DNA of 29,670 nucleotides from positions 1-29,670 of the IMG/VR virus record IMGVR_UViG_3300023276_000523. The stretch is one strand, 5' to 3'. Of the stretch, positions 18,048 through 28,300 are shown in pieces. The stretch is from a virus. Lineage: Duplodnaviria > Caudoviricetes. The position numbers and the translations under genes were made by a program. Below the pieces are notes generated by a model. That model ran no database searches. It worked only from the letters and a program-made list of their open reading frames with translations, and was not told the DNA's origin. How positions within the stretch are numbered: position 1 is the stretch's first letter; every line of letters starts with the position of its first letter.

Positions 18048-18079
18048 TTTGGTTATTAAAGAATTTTTTAATATTTTTG
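18048..18079 (+). promoter_or_regulatory. Bacteroidetes primary-sigma promoter upstream of the cargo-protein genes
   Basis: TTTG at 18048-18051, 20-nt spacer, TATTTTTG at 18072-18079, within the 52-nt intergenic gap before ATG 18099. Confidence 0.75.
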
Positions 18080-18098
18080 TGGATCTAACTTATGGCTA

Positions 18099-21000
18099 AT
18101 GGCAAGAAAAAAGAACACATCTAAAAATAAAAGTAATTCATACTGGATGAAGTATGGGGGTACGCCTCGTAAAATGGATAAGGGAGGATTCACTCACCCA
18201 CATCCACATCCAAAAAACGCAACTGATGAGCAAAAGAGGGGAGCTCAGGTTTGGAATACACATACCAGTGGTGGGAATCCTTTAAAGAAGAGGAGTACAT
18301 ATACTTGGGATAATGAGAAAGATACTAAGAATGTAGAGGCTTTTAAAAATACTAGATGGTTTGATTATTTTCCAGATACATCCAAGACTATTCCACAGAC
18401 AGCGGCAGAATTAGCAAAATATGAAAAAGCTATAGACGCTCATCAAACACGTAGTATAGAATTATACAATACAGAGTTTGATGATTTTGGTGATTTAATG
18501 TATGGTACAAGTAATTTACTTAGAGGTACAGCAGCACTGTTTCCTGCAACAACTCCACAGACAGCAGTAGGAAAAGGAGTTCTTTGGTTAGCCTCTATGC
18601 TGCCTACAGGAATAAAAGCAGGATGGGATTGGTATAAAAGAGATTATAATACAAAAGCAAAAGAGAATAATCCAAACGCAGTATTTACTGATGGTGAGGG
18701 AAATATATTAAACTATGAAGACAATGAACATAGTTTATTTAATAGTTTTAAATATCCAAAAGGAACTAAAGAAGTTAGAGTAAAGCCTACTGAAGAGGAA
18801 ATGGAAACCCTAAATCTTAATATCAATAGGGATGCTAAAAATGTAGATCCCTTAAAAGTAGAACAAAAAGAAATGGGAGGGAGTGCAGGCAGCCCTCAAG
18901 AAGATCCAACATTTAAGATGTGGTTTGCAAAGAATGCAAGACGCTCTGATGTAATGCAAAGCTCAAGTGATCCAGAAGCTTTGAAACAATTATTTTTAAA
19001 TGATGTTAACTTTAATCAGATGCCAGTATTCTCTAACGAGATGAATGATTTTGGTAATGTAGATAAGAGTAATAGATCTATGGATTTAAGTGAAAACATA
19101 ATTGGAGGTATGGGGAATAATCCTATCCAAGAAGAAACTACTGAACCAAAAGACAAACAGAAATTCTTTGATTATCGTAAATATGGAGGGATGCCTACTT
19201 ATCAGGGTAAGATGCCTAAAGCTGAACTTGGTATGGGGCAAGGATTATATAAGCACGCTACAGACGGACATCTATCTGACTATTCTAATGCAGATGCTAG
19301 GTATGATAACTTTGGTATGAAGATGGGCGAAGTGGCAGATACTGGTTTTATGAAAACATTTAATTATGTAGTTCCAGGATTAGGAACATTACTTAATCTT
19401 GGATTAGACTATTGGGGGTATAAAGGAGAACAGAAACACCATTTTGATAATAAGATTGATGCTTCTAGAGCTAGCGATGATCTACTAGCTTTAAATAAGA
19501 AAAATGCAAATAAAGAAACGTTAGATTTATCAACACGTACAGATGCATTAGGTGTAAAAGCTGCTTATGATGGAGAAGCTCCTGATTTTTGGGATGATTT
19601 TGGGAAAGATGCTGTTGGCGAGATTGCAGGAATGTTTACTGGTGGAGACTTTGGTAAAATGGGAGATATGTTCGGCGGTGGTGGAGGTGGAGATCTAGGA
19701 GATGCAGTTGACTATGGTGAGGTATTAGGTGGTACAAGTGCTAGATATGGTGGAAGCGTACCTAAAATGAATATGGGAGGAGCTAATCAATTCCAACCAG
19801 GTTTAACAGCTGCTATGATAAATGGTGTAGTAAATCCATTAAGCCATGATCAACAATTTAAATCACAAGGAATAGAACAACAATATAATGCGGGTGGAAA
19901 TGTAGAACAAGGACCAGACTATGAGGCTGAAGGAGGAGAAGTTATTATGCACGAAAGTGGGCAAGTACCAGTTACTACAGGAGAAACGCAACAACTAGAT
20001 GGGGAACCAAATGAAGCAATGCTTTCTATGTTAGAAGGTAATTCTCATGAGACTACGGATCCTGATGGACATACAGGGGAGATAGTAGAAGGCGGAGGAA
20101 ACCAATATGTATTTTCTAAGAGCCTTAAATCTAAAGTATGGGAATCTAATTTTGCAGAAGCTGCAGAAAGAATAGGAGGTCATATATCAAGATTTAAAAA
20201 AGAAATGGAAAATGGAGACGGTATCACAAAGACTACAGCCGCATCGATGATCGAGGCTTGGAATCAAAAACTTATGGACCTACAAAAGGAACAAGAGTCT
20301 GCGAGACAATCTAAATTTATGGAGATGGTTCAAGGAGGTGCTGCCCCTGAAGAATTAAACGAGGCTTTCCCAGACTTATTTAAACAGTTCATGGCAGAGC
20401 AACAACAATCTCAACTGTCTGCATCAGCAAATCAGATGGAAGAACAAGCTGGGATGGCAGCTAATCCTATGGGAGATATAGATATGAGTCAGTTAAGCGC
20501 TGAAGATCAACAACTTGTAGGCGCTGAGTATGGATTACCTAAAGCAGAGAATGGAGGATCTGATTTTGAACCTTATGATTTTAATCAGTATATGAAATAT
20601 AATTCTGGATTTGTTCTAGGAGACGATGATCAAACTTTTACGTTAGATAAAAACTATATGGGCGAGAAGAGTCAACTTATGGACGAGTTAACTCTAAACT
20701 ATCCAGAGGGAGGATACAAAGTAGGGGACGATACTTTTGATAGTCCACAAGGAATGTATGATTATTTATCATCAGACTTTAGTGACTGGAGAAATGAAGA
20801 ATTACAAAGAAATTATGGGATAGGTACAAATAAAGTTAATAAAGCTGACTTTACAAATGAGGAAGGAGTTGTAGATATGGAGGCATTTAATAAAGCTAAA
20901 GCTACACAAAGATATTATAATAGTGGTATTCCTATGAATTGGGAATCTAATTATGGAGCAGATGCTGGTTTAAGTAGGCGTAAGTATTTCAAGCATTTAG

Positions 21001-21872
21001 AAACATCACTTCTTGCAGACGGTAAATCAAAAGAAGATGTTAGATCTATTATCAATAGAGAGAAAATGAAGTTTGATGAAACTCTAAACTTAGAAAAAAT
21101 AGCAGAAGAAAATAAACCTTTAACTCCAGAAGAAGAGGCGGCAGCTGCAGCTCGAAAGTTAAGAAATGAACAACTCGGAAAAGACGCAAAAACTGGTACT
21201 AAGGATCTGTTAAACCACTTTCTAAATCTTGGCCCAACGCTTTATAACAGGAAAAAAGGTAAGGAGAGTCCAGAAGTAGTGCCATTTATAGAGAATGAGA
21301 ACGAAGCTCAGATAAGACAAAACTTAGAACTTCTTACTAATACAGATATTACTTCAGCCTTAAAAGAGAATGAAGATAATTTTAATCAGTTAAAATATTT
21401 AGCTAGAGAAGGGTCTGATGGTTCTAGTGGTAGTATGATGAATACATTATTAAGAGGTCAGAACTTCCAAAATGAAGCGGATGCTAAACTCTTTGAAGGT
21501 AAAACTAAAGCAGATCAACTAGGATTAAAGATTGCAAATGAATCATTATTTAGTTTAGGAGAAAATAATAGAGCTGAAGGCGTAAGAGTTGATACAGCTC
21601 AAGCTAAGAATAGAGCAGCAGTTCAAGCATTTGAAGCTAAAGGATGGGAAGGGCTTTCAGGTTACAATCAACTGCAAACTAAGATGAAGAATGAGATGGC
21701 TCATGATAAACAATTACAAGGACTATTAAAACATATATATCCAGATGCAGAACTGTATATTAATAGAGATGGAGGTATTGATTTTGATAAGCTATCAGAA
21801 AGCGGTGACTTGGATAAACTTATAGAAAAGTATCCTGAGTTAAAAGAAATAATTGGAAAATATATACAATAA
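18099..21872 (+). CDS. Virion cargo/ejection protein 1 (1257 aa)
   Basis: Follows the muzzle gene. Repeated xxGG motifs; Gly-rich hydrophobic segments (VVPGLGTLLNLGLDYWG); a YEAEGGEVI...GNSHE...YVFSKSLK block; coiled-coil C-terminus. Function is inferred from crAss gene order. Confidence 0.65.
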   Translation: MARKKNTSKNKSNSYWMKYGGTPRKMDKGGFTHPHPHPKNATDEQKRGAQVWNTHTSGGNPLKKRSTYTWDNEKDTKNVEAFKNTRWFDYFPDTSKTIPQTAAELAKYEKAIDAHQTRSIELYNTEFDDFGDLMYGTSNLLRGTAALFPATTPQTAVGKGVLWLASMLPTGIKAGWDWYKRDYNTKAKENNPNAVFTDGEGNILNYEDNEHSLFNSFKYPKGTKEVRVKPTEEEMETLNLNINRDAKNVDPLKVEQKEMGGSAGSPQEDPTFKMWFAKNARRSDVMQSSSDPEALKQLFLNDVNFNQMPVFSNEMNDFGNVDKSNRSMDLSENIIGGMGNNPIQEETTEPKDKQKFFDYRKYGGMPTYQGKMPKAELGMGQGLYKHATDGHLSDYSNADARYDNFGMKMGEVADTGFMKTFNYVVPGLGTLLNLGLDYWGYKGEQKHHFDNKIDASRASDDLLALNKKNANKETLDLSTRTDALGVKAAYDGEAPDFWDDFGKDAVGEIAGMFTGGDFGKMGDMFGGGGGGDLGDAVDYGEVLGGTSARYGGSVPKMNMGGANQFQPGLTAAMINGVVNPLSHDQQFKSQGIEQQYNAGGNVEQGPDYEAEGGEVIMHESGQVPVTTGETQQLDGEPNEAMLSMLEGNSHETTDPDGHTGEIVEGGGNQYVFSKSLKSKVWESNFAEAAERIGGHISRFKKEMENGDGITKTTAASMIEAWNQKLMDLQKEQESARQSKFMEMVQGGAAPEELNEAFPDLFKQFMAEQQQSQLSASANQMEEQAGMAANPMGDIDMSQLSAEDQQLVGAEYGLPKAENGGSDFEPYDFNQYMKYNSGFVLGDDDQTFTLDKNYMGEKSQLMDELTLNYPEGGYKVGDDTFDSPQGMYDYLSSDFSDWRNEELQRNYGIGTNKVNKADFTNEEGVVDMEAFNKAKATQRYYNSGIPMNWESNYGADAGLSRRKYFKHLETSLLADGKSKEDVRSIINREKMKFDETLNLEKIAEENKPLTPEEEAAAAARKLRNEQLGKDAKTGTKDLLNHFLNLGPTLYNRKKGKESPEVVPFIENENEAQIRQNLELLTNTDITSALKENEDNFNQLKYLAREGSDGSSGSMMNTLLRGQNFQNEADAKLFEGKTKADQLGLKIANESLFSLGENNRAEGVRVDTAQAKNRAAVQAFEAKGWEGLSGYNQLQTKMKNEMAHDKQLQGLLKHIYPDAELYINRDGGIDFDKLSESGDLDKLIEKYPELKEIIGKYIQ

Positions 21873-21875
21873 AAA

Positions 21876-24800
21876 ATGGCAGTAAATAGATTTATGAAAC
21901 CGGCTGAACAGCCCCTATTAAATACATATGTTAGACTTCCGTTTAAGGAAATGTCTATGGCATATGCCCAAGTACAAAAAGAACACGATGCTGGTGAGAA
22001 GCTTAATAATAGTCTAGATGATGAAATACTTAAAGTTAGAGCATCTACAAATCAACATGCCACTGTATTAGGAGGTATAAGAAAAGGTTTAGATGCAGAA
22101 CTGGGTGCATTGTACGATAAGCATGGGGGAAGGTATGCTGACATGGTTCCTGAATTAACAAAGATTAAAAATAAATTAGACCTAGATTTTAATGACGGAA
22201 ATCTATACGCTATTAAAGAAACTACTAGAGCTTTAGAAGAGGATTTAGATCCGGATATTGCAAAAGCAAGAAAGGAAGGAAATTACTCGGAAGATTACAA
22301 TCCTTTATTCGGGGCTGAAAGAGACTGGTTTGAGCAGACGCATTTTGGATATAAAAGAGTAGAAGATGAAAACTCTCCTAGTGGGTATAAATGGGAAGTA
22401 GATAATGAAAGTACAGATGGATGGAAAGTGAATTCAACAGGCCAAACAGTTTTAGCTCCTTATACATATGCAGGAATACACAAACCTTCTAAACAAATAA
22501 AAACAGCTAATGAACAAATCTTTAATCCTATTAAAGCAAGCTGGACTAAATGGACAGAGGAAAATCCTAATACAGGATTAACTGTTATGAATGAGCGTAA
22601 AGCTATTACTAGACAAAAAATATATAAATCTGCACTAGAAAACTATACATATTTACCAAACAATATGCAATTAGAAATAGCTGCAGAAGTTCAAATGATG
22701 GGTGAGAAAGGGAGAATGGGATCTGCAACACATGCAATTAATGCTGTATTTGGAGACCCTCCAGCAATGATTCAGAATCCAGATGGAGAAGGTATGATTG
22801 AGAATCCTATGGCAGTAGCAAAGAAGAAGGCTCTTCAAAAGATTAAAGATGATCCAAACACCTTAAACCAATGGGCATCAACTGATTACGTAGGCTACAT
22901 GGGTGAGAAATATACATTTACAGGTGAAGCAGGAGAAAGAACTTATGATAATTCACAAAGAAATAAGAACAAATATCCTATTGATAAATCTGATTGGGTA
23001 GTTAAAGTAGGAGCACAAAGTAGTATCCAGGCAGGTACTGTAAGAACACCACATGCAGATGGAAGTGAACTAATAAGTGATTTAAATGATCCTATTGATA
23101 AGTATGTAAATATAGTAAATGATAATTCAGTAACTTATGAAAGTTTAGTACGTGAGTATGAAGCTACTAAAGGTCAGTATAGTTTAAATGATCCGTATCA
23201 TAAAGAGTGGCAATCAAAAATAGATAATGCTAAGTTCCAGTATGAACAATCTTCTATGGCTTTAATAGGTTTAACTCAACAAGCCGCAAAAGATATGGCT
23301 GTTTTAGAGACTGCTGAAGGTATTAAATATATGGATGATAAGGGAAAATATGTCTATGTAGACAGAGTTCTACAAGATGGAACAATTAATCCGGATTGGA
23401 ATATGCATGGTTGGAATGCAATACAATTTGATGCTAATGGAGAAGTTCAAAATGTAGAGCAGACTAATAGAGATGCAAAAGGTCCTCAGGATAATATCTT
23501 TAAATATATGGATCAAGCTAAAGGATTATTTAATAATGTTTCATTGATGGGTGGAAGTGAAGATTCTCCACTGATGGACAGAGTAAATGTAATACAGAGT
23601 AACAATGGTTACTTTGATGGAAGAGGTGTCCAAGCTCCTACAGTATCATCATCGGGAAGTAAAAAAGTAGATACAGAACTTGTGAAAAAATTACCTACAA
23701 TACTAGGACAAGCAGATACTGAGTTTACTTTAACTAACGGTTCAAAGGTTAAGTGGGCTGATATTATAGGAACAGGTAAAGATAAAGTTAATAAAGATGT
23801 TGTAGATGATTTCTTACAAGGTAAATTTAAAGATAACTTTGTATGGCTAACACAGCCTACACCAGACGGTGAATACTTAGGTATTCTAACATTACCTAAA
23901 GATAGTAAAGATTCTAATGATACTATAGACTTAGTATTTAAAGCGCCAGATGAGGTTAGAAGAACTTGGAGAAACCAAGGAGAATTTGAACGACCTCTTG
24001 GTGATGGTAGTGGTATGACTGAGATGGTTACATTACCAAGAACAGAAGCGCAAAAACAAAACTGGGATGCTAACGAAAGAGGTTCAATAGACTTTGCTCG
24101 AGCTAGTAGATCTCCAGGAAATATAAGTATGTCTTCAGCAGAAGATGGGGAAAATAACCCACTTGGATATTATTACTTTAATCAAAACCCAGATGGTACA
24201 CCTATTACAAATGAACAATATATATTCCAACCTCAAGCGGGTCTTATTAAAACAGTTATAAATGGGGAGCCTGTATATACAACAGGGAACGAACTATTTA
24301 ATGTAGATAGTGACATGCAAGAGATAGGTATGCTTATAACACTTAATGACCCAACTTATGCAGGGTCTAAAGCATTCTATGCAAATGAATTTAAACAAAA
24401 TCCAAATCCTATAGCAAGAGAAGGAGTTCCTGTAAATGTAGCTTCTGAAGCAAGGGGTATAGATGTATCAGGAGAATACTTCTCAACTAATTTAAGACCA
24501 GGACAAGTTATGTTACCTGAACAAAGAGTAAATGATGTTCAGATGAGTTCTTATAATACTAATAATGGATGGACATTTAATAATGGGTTTGAAGGATTAA
24601 ATAAACAGACAGCAGATATTCTAGCATATCAAAGTAAGGCTTACGGAGAACAGCGTCATAATGATTTAAGTTCTACAATATCTAGTAAATTTAAGGATGC
24701 AGATGTAACTATGAATGACGGTAGTACACAGAACTTTACCACACTATTAAATAATGGAGACTTAGAATTAGTTCCAGTTTCTAGTGTAAATGGTGAATTT

Positions 24801-25334
24801 TCATTACCTTTGGCCAGTGGAGCTAGAAGTTTTGCACAACAAAAAAATATGTATGATGATTGGGTATCTGGTGGAAAAGTAGGACCTCCGGTAGCAAATC
24901 CTGAAGAGGGAGGCTTCCATGTGATGGGACAAGCTATAGATCTAGATAATACTGTAGGTATGTATGATTACATATTAGTAGATAAAACTGGAAATATTAG
25001 TAGTATAGGAACTAATACTAAAGGAGCACATACTACCTCTGAAGGGTATGATAGAACTAATAGTACTAGAAGTGGATTCAAAGTTAGTGAGTTAACAGGT
25101 ACCGGCGGAAATAAAATATTCCCTGATTACTTTAATACTTCACTTACTTCATTGTTTGACCATATGGGTAAAACTCCTCAGGTGGTTAAAGATATGCATA
25201 AATCAAGTAGTGTTTACAGAGAGGCAGATCCTCTTCCAAACATGAAACAGTTTGATAAAGAGTGGTGGCACTGGTCACTCGGAGAATTACCAGGTGCATC
25301 CAGCGGATATGTTTATCCGTCATGGGCAAAATAG
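21876..25334 (+). CDS. Virion cargo/ejection protein 2 with C-terminal M15-family zinc peptidoglycan peptidase (1152 aa)
   Basis: The N-terminus MAVNRF..PA...LNTYVRLPF resembles crAss cargo proteins. The C-terminus carries SGARSFAQQKNMY (24816), FHVMGQAIDL (His 24918, Asp 24939) and EWWHWS (His 25269). Confidence 0.75.
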   Translation: MAVNRFMKPAEQPLLNTYVRLPFKEMSMAYAQVQKEHDAGEKLNNSLDDEILKVRASTNQHATVLGGIRKGLDAELGALYDKHGGRYADMVPELTKIKNKLDLDFNDGNLYAIKETTRALEEDLDPDIAKARKEGNYSEDYNPLFGAERDWFEQTHFGYKRVEDENSPSGYKWEVDNESTDGWKVNSTGQTVLAPYTYAGIHKPSKQIKTANEQIFNPIKASWTKWTEENPNTGLTVMNERKAITRQKIYKSALENYTYLPNNMQLEIAAEVQMMGEKGRMGSATHAINAVFGDPPAMIQNPDGEGMIENPMAVAKKKALQKIKDDPNTLNQWASTDYVGYMGEKYTFTGEAGERTYDNSQRNKNKYPIDKSDWVVKVGAQSSIQAGTVRTPHADGSELISDLNDPIDKYVNIVNDNSVTYESLVREYEATKGQYSLNDPYHKEWQSKIDNAKFQYEQSSMALIGLTQQAAKDMAVLETAEGIKYMDDKGKYVYVDRVLQDGTINPDWNMHGWNAIQFDANGEVQNVEQTNRDAKGPQDNIFKYMDQAKGLFNNVSLMGGSEDSPLMDRVNVIQSNNGYFDGRGVQAPTVSSSGSKKVDTELVKKLPTILGQADTEFTLTNGSKVKWADIIGTGKDKVNKDVVDDFLQGKFKDNFVWLTQPTPDGEYLGILTLPKDSKDSNDTIDLVFKAPDEVRRTWRNQGEFERPLGDGSGMTEMVTLPRTEAQKQNWDANERGSIDFARASRSPGNISMSSAEDGENNPLGYYYFNQNPDGTPITNEQYIFQPQAGLIKTVINGEPVYTTGNELFNVDSDMQEIGMLITLNDPTYAGSKAFYANEFKQNPNPIAREGVPVNVASEARGIDVSGEYFSTNLRPGQVMLPEQRVNDVQMSSYNTNNGWTFNNGFEGLNKQTADILAYQSKAYGEQRHNDLSSTISSKFKDADVTMNDGSTQNFTTLLNNGDLELVPVSSVNGEFSLPLASGARSFAQQKNMYDDWVSGGKVGPPVANPEEGGFHVMGQAIDLDNTVGMYDYILVDKTGNISSIGTNTKGAHTTSEGYDRTNSTRSGFKVSELTGTGGNKIFPDYFNTSLTSLFDHMGKTPQVVKDMHKSSSVYREADPLPNMKQFDKEWWHWSLGELPGASSGYVYPSWAK

Positions 25335-25353
25335 AAACTAAAATTAGTTTAAA

Positions 25354-28300
25354 ATGGCAAAAAAACAAAAAAAAGTCGACGGGGTAGATCCTACGTCGGG
25401 TTTACCTATCGTTGAGGGTCTTGGTAATGAGTCTCTAGATCCAACTACAAACCTTCCAAAGGAAACATCTGTTTCTAAACAATATCAACTTCCTAATGGA
25501 GATTGGGATATGACTGACATTATCAATGATCAGACTGCACTAGATTTTGATAATAATAGATACAACAGACCTACTGTAATTCCTGGAAATATATATGAGA
25601 ATTCAGATATAGATTGGGATGTAAAAGATTATGGTGATATAGGAAGACAGCTTCACAGAGATCAAACTGGATGGTCAAGATTTGGAGGATTTTTAAGTCA
25701 AGCTGTTATGGGAGAAATAGTGGGAGGAACCATTCAAGGTTTCGGTGCTATTCTGGATGCTATGGACGGAGATTTATCCGATGACTTTTCTAATGGTATT
25801 ACAGGATTCGGAGAAGATGTAAGAGAATGGGCAAGAGAAAAAACTCCTATATATTTAAAACCAACAAGTGAAGACTTTAGATGGGGAGATGGAGATTGGT
25901 GGGCTTCAAATGGAGTGTCAATAGTTTCATCTATATCTATGTTTCTTCCTGGACTCGCTGTAACTAAAGGAGTAGGTATGGCAGCCAGAGGATTAAGAGT
26001 ATTAAATGTTGCCACAAAAGGTTTAAAATCAGCTAAGGCAAATGCTGCTATTGCTAATAGTCTTAATTTAAGTCGAACTGCTAAATGGCTAACTAAGTCT
26101 AGTATTATGGGACTTAGTTCTCGTCATATGGAAAACTATAGAGAAGCAGCAGAAACTTTTCAACTTGGGTACGATAAAAACTTTAATTATTTTGGGAACC
26201 AAGAAAAATTAGATGCTTATTTAAAAAGTCCGGATGGAAGATCTATGTTAGATAAATTAGGTATTGGTTTAGACGCACGTAACTTAAGAGAAACTGCAGC
26301 GAAACATATAGCAGGTAAATCTGCAGCTAAGGCATACAACATGAACTATGTTAACCTTGTATTTGATATAGCACAATCAGCTCTTTTCTTTAAGGGAGTT
26401 GGTAGATCTACTCGAGCAGGACTATTCGGACATTCAAAAACTGCTAAAGGAGCGCAAAATGCTATTTTAAAAAATCCTAAATTACCCAAAACTAGATTTG
26501 GGAAAGTATTAGCAGCAACTCCACGAGCAAGACACTGGGCATTCTGGTCTGCTACTGAAGGAGTTGAAGAGATGTGGAATTTTGTTTCCATGCAAGAAGG
26601 TATACATTATGGAGATGTATTAGCAGGAAATACAGGATGGGAAAATAGAGATTTTATAGATGGTAGTTTTGCAGATAGATTAAATAGATATGCAAATGAT
26701 GGTGAGATGTGGACAGCTGCTTTTATGGGGGCAATAGGTGGAGGAATATTTACAGGTGTATCTAGTGCAAAAAATGCTAAAGCTCAAAAGGCTAAGGATG
26801 CTGAGGCTATAAAAGAAATAAATAATAGAGTTGATGTCTTAAGAGAATCTTTAAAGAAAAGACAAAAAGCAGAGCAGAGAGGGGATACAAATGGAATGAA
26901 AGAGCAGGACGAACTAATGGCTCTTGGACTGGCTCTTAATGCTGCTCGTGCAGGTACAACAGATTTATTAGTTGATATGCTTGCGGATCCTATATATGAA
27001 GAACTATTAGGAGAGTATGGAGTAACTGGAGATGAAGTAGCATCTAATAGGAAAGCTTTAACTGACTTAATACTTAAGACTGAAAAGAAATTTAATAGTT
27101 ATGTAAATAGAATAACAGGAAAGAAATATAGTTATGGTGTAGCAAACGCTCTTACTAATATGGACATGGCTGTTGATATTTATCAAAACTTAGTTAATGC
27201 TGTAGACGAACAGATTAATAATCTAGATGAGTCAGATGCTTTTACACAACAACAATTTGCAATAGGGCCTAATACAAAGAAAAGATATGAGCTAAAAGCT
27301 AAACGTGAGGCTATACAAGCACAGATAGATCAACTTACTTATGCTAGACAGCAGGCTGCAACAGAGAGTACAAACCCTGATACAGAAGCTACTGAATCTA
27401 ACAAAGAGGCTCTAGAAACTATGCAGTTTTTAGACCAACTAATTGAAAAAGCAACACAAATTCAAAGTGAAACAGAGCAAGAGTCCGCGGCGTTGGCAAA
27501 GGATTCACAAGAAAGTTATGACGCTAAAGCATTTGAAGCGGAAAATAAGTTTCTTAATGAAGTTAACACAGATAGCAAGGCTTACCTAGAACAAAGAAAA
27601 GGACAATTTGAGCTTAATAGAGATGCTGCATGGACAGCGCTTCAAGACATGCTAAATGGGAAGAGAGAGGATAATGCTAAAGTGGAACAGGCATTTGCTG
27701 AGGAGACTGAAAAAGATAGAGTTAAAAGAATTATAGCAGAAGGTAGAGAAGAGGTAGCAAGTTCAGCTGCAAGTAGAGCAGAAGAGGCTATAAACAATGG
27801 TATAAAACAAGACTTTAGGGATTTACTAAATGAAAATCCTAATATTACAGAGCAGCAAATTAAAGAATTTTTTGCTGAGTTTATGAATAATCCAGTTATA
27901 GCTGAGTATGCAAATAAAGTTATAGATTTATTTATAAGCCATGAAACAAAAAAAGCATATGCTGATATAGTAGAAGAAATGCGTGCAGAAGCAGCTGAGG
28001 TATCTAAAGAAATAAGTGAAGATATAAACAAGTCTTTTGTAGAAATGCATGAAGAGTTATTTAATCCTAAACTTTCAAGAAAAGAACAAGCTCGTAGAGT
28101 TAAGATAGAACAAGAGCAGAGAGAAAATAAAGCAGAATGGAATAAAAGTATGTATGGCGAGAAGGAAAGTCAAGACTTTCTAATCACTGAGCTATTTGAT
28201 AACATGACAAAACATGTTACTGTAGTATGGGGTGATAAAGTTGGTATGCTTTATATGGACACTGAAAGTAATGAACTTATTTTTAGAGAAGGAGAAACTA

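Noticed and set aside
19102-19320. 72-aa +1-frame ORF inside cargo protein 1
   Set aside because: Non-ATG start and none of the supporting signals seen for the pair near 29 kb.
25335-25350. Inverted repeat AAACTA-AAAT-TAGTTT between two cargo genes as a terminator
   Set aside because: Six-bp, almost all-AT stem with no U-tract; too weak to call.
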